Assembly (NCBI GenBank): GCA_049606355.1
Contig: JBMYVL010000001.1
Coordinates: 196,871 to 228,870 of the forward strand
Direction: 5' to 3'
DNA length: 32,000 nucleotides
Origin: Opitutales bacterium
GTDB taxonomy: Bacteria; Verrucomicrobiota; Verrucomicrobiia; Opitutales; Coraliomargaritaceae
A model generated the notes under the pieces. That model was not told the DNA's origin. It saw nothing but the letters and a program-made list of their open reading frames with translations, and searched no databases. Below, one piece after another: positions 28,208-32,000 of this stretch (position 1 is its first letter; each line of letters opens with the position of its first letter). Both the position numbers and the translations under genes were made by a program.

Positions 28208-31200
28208 CTACTTCTGTACCAATTCCCAACCTTGGTTGTGAATCATCGGTTCCGCCTTTTTAAATTTAACTTGCTGTTCCTCGCCGCCCTTACGGATCGT
28301 CACCGTCTCATTGCGGCCAATCTTGGGGAGTTCGCGACGGATCGGTTCGACCTTTGGCAGCTCGACCGGTTTTTGAGACTGCGCAGTCGGTGCGGGCTGG
28401 CTTTGTGCGGCCGCTGCCGCCAATGCACTCGGCTGCCCTTGCGCCGGCCCCGCCTGCTGCACGGGCACGGCCATGCGTGACAGCATCGCCTCGAAAGCCT
28501 TTGCTGTGGTGGCCGAACGGAAGATGCCATTGCAAATCTCCGTACGGACATTGCTCATCAATTCTTCGAAGAACCCATACGCTTCACTCTTGTATTCGCT
28601 GAGTGGATCCTTCTGCCCGTAACCGCGTAAATTCACGGCACGGCGCAGCTCTTCCATCTCGGTCAAATGATCCTGCCAACGACGGTCAATCGAGCGCAGC
28701 ACGATATAGCGCTCCAGCCCAACCAAGGCTTCCTTGCCCTCAATCGCTTCCCGCTGTGTGTACGCCTCGGCAATGCGTTCGAGAATCAATGCTTGGCGAG
28801 CATCGAGATCCAGCGCGTGCAGCTCTTCCGCTTGGAGTGCGATGGGGAAGTAGGCATTGAGCCACCCGAGGAAGCGCTCCATTGCCTGCTCCTCAGTATC
28901 GGCATCCAAATTCTCCAGCCGCAGCTCGAGCTCTTCCTCGATCATCTCATTGATAATATCGCGCGGCGTATCCGATTGAATCGCTTCATTGCGAATGCCG
29001 TAGATCACCTCACGCTGCGTATTCAATACGTCATCAAACTGCAGCAAGCGCTTGCGAATCGAAAAGTTCTGCTGCTCCACCTTCTTCTGGGCATTTTCAA
29101 TCGACCAGTTGAGCATGCCATGCTCGAGCTCTTCACCCTCCGACATGGATTTCTCCAGAATCTTAGAAATCGGGCCCGCATTGGCGAACAGGCGCATCAA
29201 ATCGTCCTCCAATGAAACAAAGAATTTCGATCCGCCCGGATCTCCCTGCCGCGCACAGCGCCCGCGCAGCTGCCGATCAATCCGGCGGGATTCGTGGCGC
29301 TCTGTACCAATCACGCACAAGCCCCCCAAGTCTGGAACTCCCGCACCCAACTTAATATCGGTACCGCGCCCTGCCATATTGGTCGCGATCGTCACCGCTG
29401 CTTTTTGCCCCGCGCGCGCGACAATTTCCGCTTCTTGCTCGTGGAATTTCGCATTCAGCACACTGTGCGTTATATTCGAGCGCTTAAACATGCGGCTCAG
29501 CACCTCAGATGCCTCCACCGAAGCGGTACCTACCAACACCGGTTGCCCCTTTTTGTTGGCCTCCTCAACCTCGCGTAAAACCGCAGCAAATTTTTCGCGG
29601 CGTGTTTTATAAATCACGTCATTACGATCCACCCGGATGCATGGCTTATTGGTTGGGATGATCATGACCGAGAGCCCGTAAATTTCATTAAACTCCGCTG
29701 CTTCGGTCTCTGCCGTGCCAGTCATGCCGGCAATTTTTTCATACATGCGGAAGTAGTTTTGAATCGTTACCGTCGCATAGGTCTTGGTTTCCTTTTCAAT
29801 CGTGCAGTTTTCCTTGGCCTCCACCGCTTGGTGCAGACCGTCGGACCAACGACGTCCGGGCATCACACGTCCGGTGTTTTGATCAACAATGTTTACCTTG
29901 CCGCCTTGCACCACGTATTCCTTGTCGCGCTCGTACAAACTATACGCGCGGAGCAATTGACTGATGCAGTGAATGCGCTCACTGGTTTGCTGAAACGTTT
30001 GCTCCGCCTGTAACTTCTCTTGTTGCCGTGCTTCCGCGCTGAGCGCTTCTTGCTTATCAATCTCTATGTATTGAGTGGGCAAGTCGGGCAGCATGAAGGC
30101 ATCCGGATCATTGGGGCTCATTAGGCTACGGCCCTTTTCGGTTAAGTCCGCTTGTTGCTGCTTCTCATCGATCACGTAGTACAGCTCTTCCTTGATCGCA
30201 TAGCGCTGCTGCTTATTGAAGTCGCTGTTCATCTCGAGGTCGAATTTATCCAGCAGTCGGCGTATCGCCGGCACCTCATTCAGTCGCATGAGTTGCTTAT
30301 TCTTCGGCATGCCGAGCTTCACTTTCCATAGCTGTGCAATCGCCTCTTGCTGAGAGTCTGCATCATTGGCTTCCGAATCGAGTACGGCCTTCGCTTCTGC
30401 CGCCAGCTGGTTACAGTACGACTGCTGCTTTGAAACCAAATTCTGCACGGATGGGCGGTGCTCCTTGAAGGGGAGCGGATTGTCGTCCTGCATGGGGCCG
30501 GAAATGATCAGTGGTGTCCGCGCTTCGTCGACCAAGATGGAATCCACTTCGTCAATGATACAGAAAAAGTGATCGCGCTGCACCTGATCTTCCTTGCGGC
30601 TCGCCATGCCATTATCGCGCAAATAATCGAAGCCGAATTCCGAAGCGGTGCCGTAGGTAATATTACACGCATACATCTCCCGGCGGGTCGCCGGGTCCAT
30701 GCTGTTTTGAATGCAGCCAACCGTTAGGCCGAGGAAGCGAAAGAGGTGCCCCATCCATTCGGAGTCACGCCGGGCGAGGTAATCATTGACGGTCACCAAC
30801 TGCGTGTTGCGCCCGGAGAGGGCATTCAAGTACAGCGGGCAAGTCGATACCAGCGTCTTCCCCTCACCGGTCGCCATTTCCGCAATACGCTTCTCGTGCA
30901 AGGCGATGCCCCCTAAAAGCTGCACATCATAATGCACCATGTTCCAGGGCAACTCATGGTCACAGACCTCATAGCTGTTGCCGCACATGCGCCGTGCCGC
31001 GCTTTTCACCGTCGCGAAGGCCTCCGGCAACAGCTCATCCAAGGTCGCACCTTGCTGAAATCGCTCCATATATTCGGCGGTTTTCGCACGGAGCTCGGCA
31101 TCACTGAGCGCTTGAAACTCAAGCTCAAGCGCGTTGATGCGTTCAATCAGTGGGGCACACTTTTTCTGGTACTTCTGATAGTGGCGGCCGGAAAACTTTT

Positions 31201-31219
31201 TAAGAAGGCGGGAGATCAT
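28208..31219 (-). CDS. secA: Preprotein translocase ATPase SecA
   Basis: [10 protein letters not shown] (Walker A), [21 protein letters not shown] (DEAD-like), [30 protein letters not shown]. 1003 aa, with a long insertion in the preprotein cross-linking region. Confidence 0.97.
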   Translation of the reverse strand: MISRLLKKFSGRHYQKYQKKCAPLIERINALELEFQALSDAELRAKTAEYMERFQQGATLDELLPEAFATVKSAARRMCGNSYEVCDHELPWNMVHYDVQLLGGIALHEKRIAEMATGEGKTLVSTCPLYLNALSGRNTQLVTVNDYLARRDSEWMGHLFRFLGLTVGCIQNSMDPATRREMYACNITYGTASEFGFDYLRDNGMASRKEDQVQRDHFFCIIDEVDSILVDEARTPLIISGPMQDDNPLPFKEHRPSVQNLVSKQQSYCNQLAAEAKAVLDSEANDADSQQEAIAQLWKVKLGMPKNKQLMRLNEVPAIRRLLDKFDLEMNSDFNKQQRYAIKEELYYVIDEKQQQADLTEKGRSLMSPNDPDAFMLPDLPTQYIEIDKQEALSAEARQQEKLQAEQTFQQTSERIHCISQLLRAYSLYERDKEYVVQGGKVNIVDQNTGRVMPGRRWSDGLHQAVEAKENCTIEKETKTYATVTIQNYFRMYEKIAGMTGTAETEAAEFNEIYGLSVMIIPTNKPCIRVDRNDVIYKTRREKFAAVLREVEEANKKGQPVLVGTASVEASEVLSRMFKRSNITHSVLNAKFHEQEAEIVARAGQKAAVTIATNMAGRGTDIKLGAGVPDLGGLCVIGTERHESRRIDRQLRGRCARQGDPGGSKFFVSLEDDLMRLFANAGPISKILEKSMSEGEELEHGMLNWSIENAQKKVEQQNFSIRKRLLQFDDVLNTQREVIYGIRNEAIQSDTPRDIINEMIEEELELRLENLDADTEEQAMERFLGWLNAYFPIALQAEELHALDLDARQALILERIAEAYTQREAIEGKEALVGLERYIVLRSIDRRWQDHLTEMEELRRAVNLRGYGQKDPLSEYKSEAYGFFEELMSNVRTEICNGIFRSATTAKAFEAMLSRMAVPVQQAGPAQGQPSALAAAAAQSQPAPTAQSQKPVELPKVEPIRRELPKIGRNETVTIRKGGEEQQVKFKKAEPMIHNQGWELVQK

Positions 31220-31359
31220 CGGAATCGATTACTACGTGGTGCGGTATAGGTGTTCTGCAGGTGCGGCTCTACTGGACACCGCCCTACCGAAAAAAATCTG
31301 AAACTGATCGAACTGCCTAGTGCTGGCAAGTGCGTTTCCATCCGGCGGCACGACAGCGC

Positions 31360-31647
31360 TCAGTTGCGCTCCGCGCTCAGCCAGGCGATCGTCGCCCCCC
31401 AACTGCCCTCGCTTTGATCCGCCAGTTGAAAGCGCTCCACGCGGCAGTCCCGCTTGAGCAATGCATGCACCGTTTCACGCAAGGTGCCGATGCCCTTGCC
31501 GTGCACGATTCGTACGCGGGTGATGCCCTTTTCTAAACACAGCCCGATGTAATCCGGGATGAGTTCCCCGATCTCATTCGGCCGAAAGGTATGCAAGTCG
31601 AGCTCACCGTTGATCTCAAACTCGATGGGGTCGGGCTCCTCACTCAT
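31360..31647 (-). CDS. Smr (small MutS-related) domain protein
   Basis: 95 aa. [12 protein letters not shown]...[20 protein letters not shown] matches the Smr domain pattern (LDLHG...HGKG). Its ATG overlaps the rmuC stop (ATGA). Confidence 0.85.
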   Translation of the reverse strand: MSEEPDPIEFEINGELDLHTFRPNEIGELIPDYIGLCLEKGITRVRIVHGKGIGTLRETVHALLKRDCRVERFQLADQSEGSWGATIAWLSAERN

Positions 31648-32000
31648 GCCTCGTCCTTGGCTGCGGTTGGCAGCTTTTCAACCGCACTGAGCTCGGGCAG
31701 CGCGGCGTCGTTCGAGCTTTCCAAGGCCTCAAACTTGCGGGCCGTGACCAACAAACGAGATTCCACCGAACTGATGGCTTTGTTGTAGTGCCCCACCGAC
31801 TGCTCGAGGCTCTTGCCGAGCTTGTTAAAGTGCCCGACCACAACGCCGATGCGCTCATACAGCTCCTTGCCGAGGGCACTGATCTGTTTCGCCTCGCGCG
31901 TAATCGCCTCCTGCTGCCAGCCATAGGCAATCGCCTTGAGCAAGGCGATCAAAGTTGTAGGCGTTGCTAAAATCACTTTATTCGCCACGCCGAGCTCGAT
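31644..32000 (-). CDS. rmuC: DNA recombination protein RmuC, C-terminal part (5' end lies beyond the window)
   Basis: [32 protein letters not shown]...[30 protein letters not shown] is the conserved RmuC C-terminal region. The frame stays open to nt 32000, so the annotated M is an internal GTG. Confidence 0.88.
   Translation of the reverse strand: MELGVANKVILATPTTLIALLKAIAYGWQQEAITREAKQISALGKELYERIGVVVGHFNKLGKSLEQSVGHYNKAISSVESRLLVTARKFEALESSNDAALPELSAVEKLPTAAKDEA

Noticed and set aside
1-32000. A by-eye search for tRNA, rRNA, SRP/tmRNA/RNase P RNA, CRISPR repeats, IS elements, integrases, toxin-antitoxin pairs and defence-system genes.
   Set aside because: All intergenic gaps are about 190 nt or shorter. 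None shows cloverleaf-like, SRP (GGAA tetraloop / AGCAGC) or repeat-spacer structure. No ORF resembles a transposase, integrase or known defence protein. A covariance-model scan (Infernal/tRNAscan) would be needed to exclude small RNAs formally.

Overview
Gene-dense, moderately GC-rich (by eye, not computed) core-chromosome segment of a diderm bacterium. I call about 29 protein-coding genes. I saw no rRNA, tRNA, CRISPR array, transposase/integrase or long repeat. Lineage cannot be fixed from sequence alone. The near-absence of Shine-Dalgarno motifs and the enlarged SecA are compatible with a PVC/Verrucomicrobia-like or other SD-poor group, at low confidence.

Content, left to right:
- Cell-shape cluster mreB(partial)-mreC-mreD-mrdA, then an SDR oxidoreductase (-) and a BadF/GlcNAc-kinase-like ATPase.
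- ruvC (-), then truA-comF-accD-folC.
- Two tandem, translationally coupled Kef/CPA2-RCK antiporter paralogues.
- carA (-), then an ArsR-family regulator (-) divergent from a bona fide lysine 2,3-aminomutase (kamA).
- rapA (-), a PIG-L/LmbE-family deacetylase, purE-purK and trpE.
- A compact RpoD-like sigma-70.
- A three-gene secreted module: a Cys/His-rich small protein, a MerP-like HMA protein and an outer-membrane beta-barrel.
- On the minus strand, rmuC(partial)-smr-secA-lnt.

Most of the window is ordinary housekeeping. The only locus that looks like an undescribed system is the envelope metal-handling-like trio at 24809-26561.

Smaller oddities:
- AccD has lost its zinc ribbon.
- SecA lacks its zinc-binding tail.
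- KamA lacks the C-terminal CxCxxC.
- The sigma factor carries a C-terminal tail.
- rmuC and smr overlap by 4 nt.
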